Shown piece after piece: positions 56,372 to 64,000 of a stretch of DNA of 64,000 nt. The stretch spans positions 10,286-74,285 of the IMG/VR virus record IMGVR_UViG_3300009509_000013; one strand, given 5' to 3'. The DNA comes from a virus. Made by a program: the position numbers and the translations under genes. Position 1 is the stretch's first letter; each line of letters starts with the position of its first letter. The notes under the pieces were generated by a model. That model searched no databases. It was not told the origin of the DNA and worked only from the letters and a program-made list of their open reading frames with translations.

Positions 56372-56780
56372 TGTCTTTCCCTTTCCAAATCCGTTTGATT
56401 GCATTGACGAAGCCGACCTTCGGCTTCGGTGTTCCCTGTATCCATTCGGGCGCGACGACCTTCGACCGAATGCTTCGCGTTTCAACCGGAACGCCAAGTT
56501 CTTTTGAATGATTGATTCCTTCGATCATTCCTTCGGTCAATCCCCGGTCGAGATAAACGACCGTCGCGTCGGCGAAGCCGCGCCAAGCGAACCCGGCTTC
56601 GATTCCCTTCCGTCTTTCTTCGGGCTTCGTGTCGTCGAGAACGCCCTTTTGCGTATAGAGCAAATGGGAAGCGAACGGCGCTTCGTCGCGCTTCAAGCAA
56701 TCGGCGAGACATTCGCGCCCATAGATTTCATTCGCTTCGACGTCGCCCGAATATGGCGATTCGACAATGACCCTTCGCAT
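56358..56780 (-). CDS. nucleoside 2-deoxyribosyltransferase-like Rossmann-fold protein
   Basis: VIVESPYSGD..N..Y...C...EAPFASHLLY...LDD..PEER..GI.AG...VVY.D.G.T.GM; TGATG coupling. Confidence 0.7.
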   Translation of the reverse strand: MRRVIVESPYSGDVEANEIYGRECLADCLKRDEAPFASHLLYTQKGVLDDTKPEERRKGIEAGFAWRGFADATVVYLDRGLTEGMIEGINHSKELGVPVETRSIRSKVVAPEWIQGTPKPKVGFVNAIKRIWKGKDNGRK

Positions 56781-57535
56781 CAAAGCGCCCGCGTGTCGAT
56801 AAACCACGAAACGAGAAACGTCACGATCTTTTCGGAGTAACCTTCGCGAAGCACAACGCGCCCGACGATCACGGGGTCGCCGCGTCGACGTCGCGGCGGA
56901 AGCGCGCCCAATTCGTCGAAGATCTTTTTCTTCATGGCGCGATCCGTGTCTTTCAAGATTTGCGGCTTCGCGACCGCAAACGGAAAATCAACTTCGGTGA
57001 ACTCGACCGGGGTCGAATAGTGAATCTTCGTCATTTTCCCGTTGCGGTCTTCTTTCTCCCGCGTGTCCGTTGTCGCAAGCGGAGCCGGGTCGACGTAATC
57101 GCCGACGCCTTCCGGCGGCGAGTTCGTGTTTTGATCGTTGACCCATTGCCCGAATTGTTCCTTTTGAACCGGCTTGTCGCGCGTCGTCCGAATCGCGAAG
57201 ACGTCGACCGGGAAGTTCGGAACGATACAATAGCCGGCTTCGAGCGCCGCCTTCACCTTGCGATAGAACTCGACTTGACGTTCGGCGCGCCGGAGCCGTG
57301 TCTTCCAAGGCGCGACGCGCCATTTCGAAGCGCGCGCGATCTCCAAGTTCTCCGCGATCTCCGATTTGTCTCGCTCGATCTCCGCGATCTTCGCTTCGGC
57401 CCAAGCAATCAAGCCGCGTTGCGCGACTTCCATTTCGGCGGGATCGCGAGCGATCACGATCACGTCTTCGGCTCCCGGCGGAATCGTTTCAACCGTCGCC
57501 GACTCTTGCTTCGTCAACGCCTTCGTTTCTGTCAT
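56780..57535 (-). CDS. hypothetical protein (coiled-coil N-terminus)
   Basis: 251 aa; GGAG SD; coupled. Confidence 0.7.
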   Translation of the reverse strand: MTETKALTKQESATVETIPPGAEDVIVIARDPAEMEVAQRGLIAWAEAKIAEIERDKSEIAENLEIARASKWRVAPWKTRLRRAERQVEFYRKVKAALEAGYCIVPNFPVDVFAIRTTRDKPVQKEQFGQWVNDQNTNSPPEGVGDYVDPAPLATTDTREKEDRNGKMTKIHYSTPVEFTEVDFPFAVAKPQILKDTDRAMKKKIFDELGALPPRRRRGDPVIVGRVVLREGYSEKIVTFLVSWFIDTRAL

Positions 57536-57714
57536 GACTCCAACCTTTCACGAATTCGGGCTTCCGCGATTTCGACGTGAAACGACGAACGCGCGTAAGC
57601 TTCAACCAAAAGCATTCCGGGAATCCAAGCGATCACAATCGCAAACCGCAAGACATACCACGGAAGCAAGACGACCCGACGAACGCCTTCGAAGATTCGA
57701 TCACGAAGAAACAT
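57532..57714 (-). CDS. small membrane protein
   Basis: 60 aa with a hydrophobic core; overlaps both neighbours. Confidence 0.5.
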   Translation of the reverse strand: MFLRDRIFEGVRRVVLLPWYVLRFAIVIAWIPGMLLVEAYARSSFHVEIAEARIRERLES

Positions 57715-58393
57715 TGTCTTCGCCTTCCGGGAGCGCCTTCACGTCATGAACGCGAAGCGCCGTTCGACGCAATTCTTCGAGCCCGGTTCTTTCGACGACG
57801 CCCGTCACGAATGCTTCGACTTCCGCCTTCGCCGTTGAAACGACCTTTTCGGTTGCGTCTTGAAATTGATCGAGAACGAACGGAATGTTCGATTCGATTT
57901 CTTGCTCGATTTGTTCAAGAATCGAAACGAATTCTTTGATCACGCCTTTCGTCGCCTTGCCTTGCTTGTGCAATTGTTCGGCGCGTCGCCGGTGATCGCT
58001 AATGTATCGCCGGAAACGTTCAAGCCGACCGACAAAGCCGTTCCGAATTCGGTCGAGTTCGATTTCGTCGTCGGGCGGTTCGGCCATTTGCTTTCCGTTG
58101 AATTGCTTCAACGTGCAAGGAACGCCGTCGCCAACGTTCAACGTCGTCAACAATGTCGCGAATTGAGCGGACGAAAGTTCAACTTCGATCAACTTTTGAT
58201 CGGCGAACGCCCGATCTTCCGAAAGCCCGTGTCGCCTATGCGCCGTGTGAATCCGAAGAATCATGCTCGACCCATGATCCCGAAGCGACGAACCGAACAA
58301 GCGCCGCTTCCCGCCGCCATAGATTCGAGCGAATCCGATCATTCCGTAGGATTCATGACGATCAACAATGTCTTCTTCTTTGTCGAATGACAT
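57701..58393 (-). CDS. conserved-looking phage hypothetical protein
   Basis: HESYGMI.F.R...LFGS...IEV.LS..QFA...N.G.GVPCT motif, then coiled coil. Confidence 0.7.
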   Translation of the reverse strand: MSFDKEEDIVDRHESYGMIGFARIYGGGKRRLFGSSLRDHGSSMILRIHTAHRRHGLSEDRAFADQKLIEVELSSAQFATLLTTLNVGDGVPCTLKQFNGKQMAEPPDDEIELDRIRNGFVGRLERFRRYISDHRRRAEQLHKQGKATKGVIKEFVSILEQIEQEIESNIPFVLDQFQDATEKVVSTAKAEVEAFVTGVVERTGLEELRRTALRVHDVKALPEGEDNVSS

Positions 58394-58397
58394 GCTT

Positions 58398-58685
58398 TCA
58401 CCTTTCCAATTTCTTGACCGCGTTTCGCGCCGTCTTCATTTTTCCTTCGGAGAACATGACGCCGCCGGCTCCGTCGAGAAAGAACGTCGCCGCTTCCGCG
58501 ACGACCTTCGCTTCGCGTTCCGTCAACGCCGGCGTTGCGCTTCGAACCGCTTCGAGCGCTTCAAGCAAAACGTCGTGTTCGCCTTGCGTCTTCGCGAAGT
58601 CTTCGACCGGATAGTCAATCGAGATCTTCAACGCGACTTCGAGCGCCGAAAGTTGCTTCTTTGTTACTTCAACCGCAAGCTTCAT
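58398..58685 (-). CDS. hypothetical protein
   Basis: 95 aa; ATGA overlap. Confidence 0.6.
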   Translation of the reverse strand: MKLAVEVTKKQLSALEVALKISIDYPVEDFAKTQGEHDVLLEALEAVRSATPALTEREAKVVAEAATFFLDGAGGVMFSEGKMKTARNAVKKLER

Positions 58686-58888
58686 TGAATCCCCGCCAAT
58701 CCCGACTTGACCGTTTTCGGTTTCGTCTTGAATTTCTTTTGCATTGCCAACCGGAGCGCAAGCGCGATCCGGTGAAGAATCGGATCGTCGGCGTCAATGA
58801 TTGTCGCTCGAATCATGACCTTTTCGAGCGCTTCCGATTCGTCTTTCGACAACGCCAACAAAATTCGATCATTCCCGTTGTGTTTCAT
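58682..58888 (-). CDS. hypothetical protein
   Basis: 68 aa; AGGGA SD. Confidence 0.55.
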   Translation of the reverse strand: MKHNGNDRILLALSKDESEALEKVMIRATIIDADDPILHRIALALRLAMQKKFKTKPKTVKSGLAGIQ

Positions 58889-58897
58889 TGCTATTCC

Positions 58898-59362
58898 CTA
58901 GCGCGGAAGAATTGTGTCGCCTGAAAGAATGCTTTCGACGGTTCGTTCAAGTTCTTCGACGCGCGCTTGAAGCGCGTCGTCGGGCTTCGCTTCAACCGCC
59001 TTTTCAAGTTCCGCGATTTGCGCGACAAGCGTTCCGATTGTTTCGTCGCGTTCGGCGACCTTCCGGTCGGCGTCCGACAATTTGAAATCAAGATCTTCGA
59101 TCTTCGCCTTCAACCGCATGTTCTCCGCGACCGTCTTGTCGTGATCGGAGAATCGCCGCGCGTTCCGGGGAGCCGCCGCGCGAACATGGTCAAGCGCCGT
59201 CGTCAACCGTTGAAGCGCTCGCGCCCCTTGTTCGTCGTCCGCGAATTTCGCCCGACAAGCCCCGTCAAGAATTGCTTCGATTGCTTGCCGCTCGCCTTCG
59301 GACATGACGACTTCGACCTTCGTGTCGTCGTCGACAACGTTCCAATTGACAACCGTGTTCAT
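58898..59362 (-). CDS. coiled-coil protein
   Basis: ATGA overlap at 59362; heptad pattern. Confidence 0.6.
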   Translation of the reverse strand: MNTVVNWNVVDDDTKVEVVMSEGERQAIEAILDGACRAKFADDEQGARALQRLTTALDHVRAAAPRNARRFSDHDKTVAENMRLKAKIEDLDFKLSDADRKVAERDETIGTLVAQIAELEKAVEAKPDDALQARVEELERTVESILSGDTILPR

Positions 59363-59691
59363 GAATCCCCGTCCCTTTCCTTTTCTTCTTCGGTTCGGTC
59401 GTCGACAATCGCAAGCGGCGGAAGCCGCCGGGGTCGGAGCGCTCCAAGCAATGCGCCGACCGTTTGCGACATTCGTTCCGAACCGATCCAAAACGTTTCG
59501 AGATAATCAACCGCGTCGCGAAGCTTTCGCGGTTCAAGGTGCGAGTGTTTCTTCGCGAGCGCCTTCGCTTCTTTCTCCGAATAAATCCCCGCGAGCAAAA
59601 ATTCGTCCGTGTAGCCGCGACATTGCGGAGCATACCAAGCGCCCCGCTTGTGCGACCAAATCAACCAAGCGTCGCCGATTCCGAATTTCAT
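59359..59691 (-). CDS. hypothetical protein
   Basis: WLIWS...GAWY.P...GYT....AG.YS..EA motif; ATGA overlap. Confidence 0.65.
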   Translation of the reverse strand: MKFGIGDAWLIWSHKRGAWYAPQCRGYTDEFLLAGIYSEKEAKALAKKHSHLEPRKLRDAVDYLETFWIGSERMSQTVGALLGALRPRRLPPLAIVDDRTEEEKERDGDS

Positions 59692-59864
59692 TTGAAGAAG
59701 ACCTTTCGAAGCCAATGAAGCCACAACGGTTCAAGCTCGATTTCGACGCAAAGCTCGGTTCCCCCGACGACGACGCCGCGCCTTCCGTTCAATTCAACCC
59801 GGCGACCGATTTGATCGAAACCCGGAGAAATGTCGAGCCAAACCATTGTGACCCGTCGCTTCAT
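59688..59864 (-). CDS. 58-aa protein (not in ORF track)
   Basis: ATGA overlaps on both sides; MKRRVTMVWLDISPG...KVFFK*. Confidence 0.55.
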   Translation of the reverse strand: MKRRVTMVWLDISPGFDQIGRRVELNGRRGVVVGGTELCVEIELEPLWLHWLRKVFFK

Positions 59865-60304
59865 TCGATCCCGTCCGCAAGATCGGCGAGCTTCTTCGTC
59901 GCCGCTTGAAGCAACCGCCGCCGGTGATTCAAGATCGAAACCGAATCGTTGCTATGACCCGAAATGTTCCCGACTTGATCGACGTTCCAATCGCGATAGA
60001 TTTCGAGAACGTGAAGACAATCGTCTTTCGTCATTTCCCGCGCGCCCGCGCGCGCGACGTTCCGCGTCGACGTCGCCTTTCCGTCTTTCGCGTCGAGCAA
60101 CGCGCAAGCCGCTTCCCCTAGCGCTTCAAAGTCGAAGCCCGGCTTCCCGGACGTGAGTTCAACCGCCGCGATCAAAGCGTTGATCTCGCGAATAGAAAGC
60201 TCGACCGTTTTTAGGATTGCGGAACCGACCCGTTCCCCGTTATCGTGGGGGGAGGGATTTCCGACTTCGGGAACCGGGTCGGTTCCTTTCTGATTTCTAA
60301 CCAT
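59861..60304 (-). CDS. hypothetical protein
   Basis: ATG 60304 overlapping the upstream gene end. Confidence 0.55.
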   Translation of the reverse strand: MVRNQKGTDPVPEVGNPSPHDNGERVGSAILKTVELSIREINALIAAVELTSGKPGFDFEALGEAACALLDAKDGKATSTRNVARAGAREMTKDDCLHVLEIYRDWNVDQVGNISGHSNDSVSILNHRRRLLQAATKKLADLADGIE

Positions 60305-60779
60305 TGTCGCCGCCTTTGCCAATGAAATTCGAACACGCCGCGAATTCTTCGCCGGCGTCGTCGACAACAAGCCCGCAAGCGAACGTTGACATTCCCGCCG
60401 CCGCGTTTCGTTCGACCGCCTTCGCTTCGCAATGCGGACAAATGCCGCCCGGAGTCGAATCGGCAAGCAATCGCCCCGCGTCGAAGATCCATTCGCCCGA
60501 AGCAATCGCCGAACGCCAAAGCGCGCCAATTTCGACAAGCCGTTCAAGGTGCATTCGAATCGAATCTTCGATCAAGCGCCCCGCCTCTTGCGGCGAAAGC
60601 GTGATTCCGCCGGCGATTCGTTCATTCACTTTGCCGATCACGAATTCGGCCAAGCTTTCGGGAACGCCTTTCTCGAAGTGAACGTTCGTCATTCCATACG
60701 GCGAAGCCGCCGCGTTGAAGTTCGGGATTCGAGCGCGTTTCCCCGCCGGTCGAACATACATTTCAAAACTTCCCTTCAC
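60297..60779 (-). CDS. hypothetical protein with CPHC Zn motif
   Basis: GTGA overlap; CPHC...FACG...C. Confidence 0.6.
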   Translation of the reverse strand: MKGSFEMYVRPAGKRARIPNFNAAASPYGMTNVHFEKGVPESLAEFVIGKVNERIAGGITLSPQEAGRLIEDSIRMHLERLVEIGALWRSAIASGEWIFDAGRLLADSTPGGICPHCEAKAVERNAAAGMSTFACGLVVDDAGEEFAACSNFIGKGGDNG

Positions 60780-60976
60780 GAAACGAATTCAAGCGCGGCG
60801 TCGTAAGCTTCGCGCGCCGTTCGCCCCGCTTCTTTCATTGCCCGTTCAAGCTCCGCGTCGTCGTCGACGTTGACTTCGCCCTTCGCCGCTTGCGACGTGA
60901 CGATTTGAATCGCGATTTCTTTGATCCGTTCCCGCCTATGCTCCGGCGTTCCGGGCGCGTAATCGTTTGACGACAT
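60776..60976 (-). CDS. small helical protein
   Basis: ATG 2 nt after the ligase stop. Confidence 0.6.
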   Translation of the reverse strand: MSSNDYAPGTPEHRRERIKEIAIQIVTSQAAKGEVNVDDDAELERAMKEAGRTAREAYDAALEFVS

Positions 60977-60978
60977 GA

Positions 60979-61878
60979 TCAACCCATATCCTTCGGATCG
61001 CGAAACCCCAAAAAGATCGGGATTCGCGGCGCGTCTTTCGTTCCGATTGCTTGATATTTGTATTTCACGATCTTTCCGACGTAGGCTTCGCGGTCGTCCC
61101 AAATCGCTTGACGAAGTTCCTTCGTCAACCCGCGCCCCGAACCGATCTTCAAGTCGACTCCGGGGAACAAGCCGTGAACGTCGCGAGCAATGAACTTGCC
61201 AAGCGTTCCCGCCGGAACCTTGCCGTCTTTCGACGAAGATCGCTTCGTCAAACCGATTTCGTTGATCGTCGCTTCGTTCTCGTTTCTCATTTGTTCTTCG
61301 AAGCCGATCACTTCCGCTTCGGAATCTTCGAAAGGCTTGACCTTCAAAAGCCATTGTTGCCGCAACGTCGAGCGCCCTTGTTTGTATTCGCCCGCCGGAT
61401 CGCGCGTCATGGTCCCTTCGAATCCCTGTTCAAGATAGCGTTCGTTCAACGCTTCAAGCTCCGCCGGAGATTCGATCACGACATGCGGAACCAACCGGAT
61501 CAAGTTCCCGAACTTGTGCGCCTTGAAAATCGCGAGCAATTCGCGAAGCCGCTCCGAATAGGGAACGTCGAGCCCCTTCCCGAAGAAATCGAAAACCCAA
61601 AACGTCACGTCCGGTTCGCCTTCGAACGACATGATCCCGGACGTGCAAGCCTGAAACGTTTCGCCGACCATAAGTTCGCCGTCGAAGCCGTCGAGCGCCG
61701 TCGCTTCAAGCCGCTCGCGCGTGAAGTTGTTCGGAATCGGCTTCAACGTGTTCGACAAAATCTTTCCGTCGATCTTCACGCAACGAATCCCGTCGAGCTT
61801 CGGCGACGCAATCAACGGATAGCGAAGCTTCGACAAATCTTTCGGCGCGGTTTCCGCCTTCATGGGTCGCTTGATCAT
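60979..61878 (-). CDS. lig: ATP-dependent DNA ligase (minimal viral type)
   Basis: Motif I SPKLDGIRC, III FDGEL, IIIa FWVFD, IV EGTMTR, V LLKVKP, VI PRIPIFLGFRD. Confidence 0.95.
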   Translation of the reverse strand: MIKRPMKAETAPKDLSKLRYPLIASPKLDGIRCVKIDGKILSNTLKPIPNNFTRERLEATALDGFDGELMVGETFQACTSGIMSFEGEPDVTFWVFDFFGKGLDVPYSERLRELLAIFKAHKFGNLIRLVPHVVIESPAELEALNERYLEQGFEGTMTRDPAGEYKQGRSTLRQQWLLKVKPFEDSEAEVIGFEEQMRNENEATINEIGLTKRSSSKDGKVPAGTLGKFIARDVHGLFPGVDLKIGSGRGLTKELRQAIWDDREAYVGKIVKYKYQAIGTKDAPRIPIFLGFRDPKDMG

Positions 61879-62795
61879 TTTGAATAAGTCCCTTCGAAGC
61901 GCTCGACTTCCGCCAATGAAAAGCGAAGCTCGCCCGTGTTTTGTTCCGGGCGCATGTTTCCGAGCGCGATTTGATTTCGAACCGTCCGAACCGTAACGCC
62001 CCAACGTTGTGCAATTTGCCTAACAGACATTGGATCGATAACGGACAACGGCGCTTTCCGTTTGTCGGCGCGTCGCTTCGCCGACATTGCGCGTTCTTTG
62101 ATATAGTGCAAGATCCGAATCGCCCTTGTCCGATCCAAAACAAGCGGATTCGAAGGCGGAGCGTCGCCGTTCCAAGGCGAAAGCGGATCTTCGAAGTGAA
62201 GCTTGTTGACCCGATAACGAACCCAAAGCTCCCCGCCGCGTTCGAACACTCCCGGACAAAGGTCGCCTTCCTTTTCGAGCGCTTCGAAGACGTGATTTTT
62301 CCGCGCGCCCCGTTGCGCCGCTTCATATTGAGCCCGCCGGCGAACGTAGCGCTCGCGAACGATTGCGATTTCGTCGCCTATCGCTTCATGAAGATCGGAA
62401 AGTTCTTCAATCGTCGCGACAATCGAGCGGCGTCGCGCTTCAAGCGCGCGAACTCGCTTGTCGCATTCGGAAGCGTCGGGAACTTTTTTCTTCCAACGCT
62501 TTCGAGCGTTGCGGCGTTTCCGTTGTTCAAGAAAAGCTTCGTCGCGCTCCGCCAAATATGCCGAATGAGATTCTTTGAATTCGACAAGCGACGCGACGCT
62601 TTGAACAATTCTCTTTTCAAAATATCGCCCGCCGTGTCGCCAAACGCCGCCGTCGTCTTTTTCCCAAATCAACCCGCAATACGGACAACCCGCTTGATTC
62701 GCCGGCGGCGTCAAATTCGAAAGGTCGAACGACTCCCCACAATCGCAAACGATCTCCCAATCGGGACGAAGGTTCTTTGTCGCGTCGGTTGTCAC
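61875..62795 (-). CDS. Zn-ribbon / coiled-coil / C-terminal HTH DNA-binding protein
   Basis: GTGA start; CDC...CPYC; C-terminal MSVRQIAQRWGVTVRTVRN..LRFSLAEVERFE excisionase-like HTH. Confidence 0.65.
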   Translation of the reverse strand: MTTDATKNLRPDWEIVCDCGESFDLSNLTPPANQAGCPYCGLIWEKDDGGVWRHGGRYFEKRIVQSVASLVEFKESHSAYLAERDEAFLEQRKRRNARKRWKKKVPDASECDKRVRALEARRRSIVATIEELSDLHEAIGDEIAIVRERYVRRRAQYEAAQRGARKNHVFEALEKEGDLCPGVFERGGELWVRYRVNKLHFEDPLSPWNGDAPPSNPLVLDRTRAIRILHYIKERAMSAKRRADKRKAPLSVIDPMSVRQIAQRWGVTVRTVRNQIALGNMRPEQNTGELRFSLAEVERFEGTYSK

Positions 62796-63112
62796 TTCGC
62801 CGGCTCCCCTTGCGGCTCCGGTTCCTTCAACTTCACGACGAAGCCTTCGCCGGAATGTCCGTCGTTCTTTGCCGTGACATGCTCGACAACGGGAACGCAA
62901 TTGTCTTTGAATTGCGTCGCAAGGTAGCATTGAACCGCTTCGATCATTGTCGTTTGATTCATTCGGAGTTCATTCGAGCCTTTCAGCATTGGTCGACCTT
63001 TCTTCAATTCTTTGAACGCTTCGCCCAAAGGACAACCGTCCGCGTGTTCGCGAAAGCCATTTCGTCGCGAGCCTTTGCAACAAGCGATTGACCCTTTGGA
63101 AAAGTCGGGCAT
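62792..63112 (-). CDS. hypothetical protein
   Basis: TAATG coupling; KGSNEL..N..TM.EAVQ.YL motif. Confidence 0.55.
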   Translation of the reverse strand: MPDFSKGSIACCKGSRRNGFREHADGCPLGEAFKELKKGRPMLKGSNELRMNQTTMIEAVQCYLATQFKDNCVPVVEHVTAKNDGHSGEGFVVKLKEPEPQGEPAK

Positions 63113-63564
63113 TAGTTCAACGCCTTGTCGCAAGCGCGACGCTCGCGTTCGGCGTCGCATTCTTCGCGCTTCGGGCATGTCTCGCAATCGGGCGGCGAAA
63201 TCGTGTCTTCGATTTTCTCGATTGACCCGCGAAGGCTTTGAAGCACGAACGCGGGAACGTCCGCGTCTTCGTCGACGTGATCGAGCGCGAAAACCGCCGC
63301 GTCGTGAAGCGAACGAAGTTCGTCTTCCGTGAACATTGGTCCGAACGTCAACGGGTCGTTTTGCGCCTTCGTCATTTCCGCCGCCGCGTTGTTCGGATCT
63401 TTGCAAACGGCGATCCGTTCAAGCCAAGCCTTCGCGTTCGGAAACGGAACGCGCTTCCCGCCGTCGTATTGATTCAAAAGCGTCGCATAGTGCGATTGAA
63501 GTCGAACCGACTGTTCAAGCGCGCCCATGATTGCCGCGACGAATTCTTTTTCTTGTGCCTTCAT
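63112..63564 (-). CDS. hypothetical protein
   Basis: ATGA overlap; ALEQSV.LQSHYA.LLN.YDGG.R motif; C-terminal Cys cluster. Confidence 0.6.
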   Translation of the reverse strand: MKAQEKEFVAAIMGALEQSVRLQSHYATLLNQYDGGKRVPFPNAKAWLERIAVCKDPNNAAAEMTKAQNDPLTFGPMFTEDELRSLHDAAVFALDHVDEDADVPAFVLQSLRGSIEKIEDTISPPDCETCPKREECDAERERRACDKALN

Positions 63565-63803
63565 TCTTTCGTTCCGCCCTTCGACACGGGAACAAGCTCC
63601 CGCCCGCGAACTTCGACGCCCAAATCTTCGAAAACGTCGCCGTCTTCGCAAACGTGAACGACTTTCTTCCCGTGCGAAAGCTCGCGCCCTTTGAAAATGC
63701 CGGCGACGCAAAGCCAAGCGCCGTCGTCTTGAACTTGGACAAGCGACGGAATGCCGATCCCGCCGCGAACAACAATGAAGCTCCCCGGTTCAAACGCCGC
63801 CAT
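63561..63803 (-). CDS. small beta-rich protein
   Basis: 80 aa; AAGGGA SD. Confidence 0.55.
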   Translation of the reverse strand: MAAFEPGSFIVVRGGIGIPSLVQVQDDGAWLCVAGIFKGRELSHGKKVVHVCEDGDVFEDLGVEVRGRELVPVSKGGTKE

Positions 63804-63999
63804 TTCGTTTCCCTTCGAGTTCGGCGATTTTCGCCTTCAACTTTTCGTTCTCGATCCGTCTTTCTTGCGCGAGCATTGAAAGCGCTTCTTTGTCCGCGTG
63901 TTCGAAACACATTACAAGACCGGGAACGACTTCGTTCTCGCATTGACCGAGCGACGCCCCGCCGATCACAACGGACGGGTGAACCGAAACGCGATTGAC
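63790..63999 (-). CDS. C-terminal part of a gene entering from the right edge
   Basis: Open frame VNRVSVHP...CFEHADK...KIAELEGKRNGGV*. Confidence 0.5.
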   Translation of the reverse strand, partial: VNRVSVHPSVVIGGASLGQCENEVVPGLVMCFEHADKEALSMLAQERRIENEKLKAKIAELEGKRNGGV

Positions 64000-64000
64000 G

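Noticed and set aside
61875-62100. Excisionase implying an integration module
   Set aside because: The HTH is the C-terminal domain of a larger protein, and no integrase or att site is recognisable.
1-64000. Alternative genetic code
   Set aside because: Core genes are intact in code 11, and TAA, TAG and TGA all end genes at tight junctions.

Overview
A 64-kb section of a GC-rich dsDNA phage with a contractile tail; nearly all real genes are on the minus strand, and most + strand ORFs in the track are antisense shadows. In gene order (right to left): (i) 64.0-55.2 kb, a chain of translationally coupled small genes including an ATP-dependent DNA ligase; (ii) 54.2-55.2 kb, a short divergent + strand operon led by an XRE/HigA-type HTH protein; (iii) 54.1-47.6 kb, an early region built from six copies of a TTGACR-N17-GACACT promoter cassette driving small genes (DUF6011-like, LPD29-like, DnaJ-type Zn finger, stand-alone receiver domain); (iv) 47.5 kb to the left edge, the packaging and morphogenesis operon: TerS candidate, AdoMetDC, TerL, PBSX-type portal, MuF-metallopeptidase plus putative immunity gene, XkdF-like protease, scaffold, MCP, virion accessory proteins, neck, sheath, tube, frameshifted tail chaperone, tape measure, baseplate and two paralogous fibres. 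The most unusual signals are: the 9-mer CTTCAACCG (about 57 exact copies by eye, also inside four of the six early promoters); near-total CAG/CTG avoidance; a shared C-terminal W-x-G-V-L tag plus hydrophobic-x-K-[A/S] sites suggesting a capsid cargo-addressing system; a protease with two degenerate LigD-phosphoesterase-like domains and an MCP-like N-terminal peptide; and 3' UTR sequences complementary to early-gene leaders. No integrase, endolysin, tRNA or CRISPR array was recognised. All family calls come from motif recognition by eye, not database searches.
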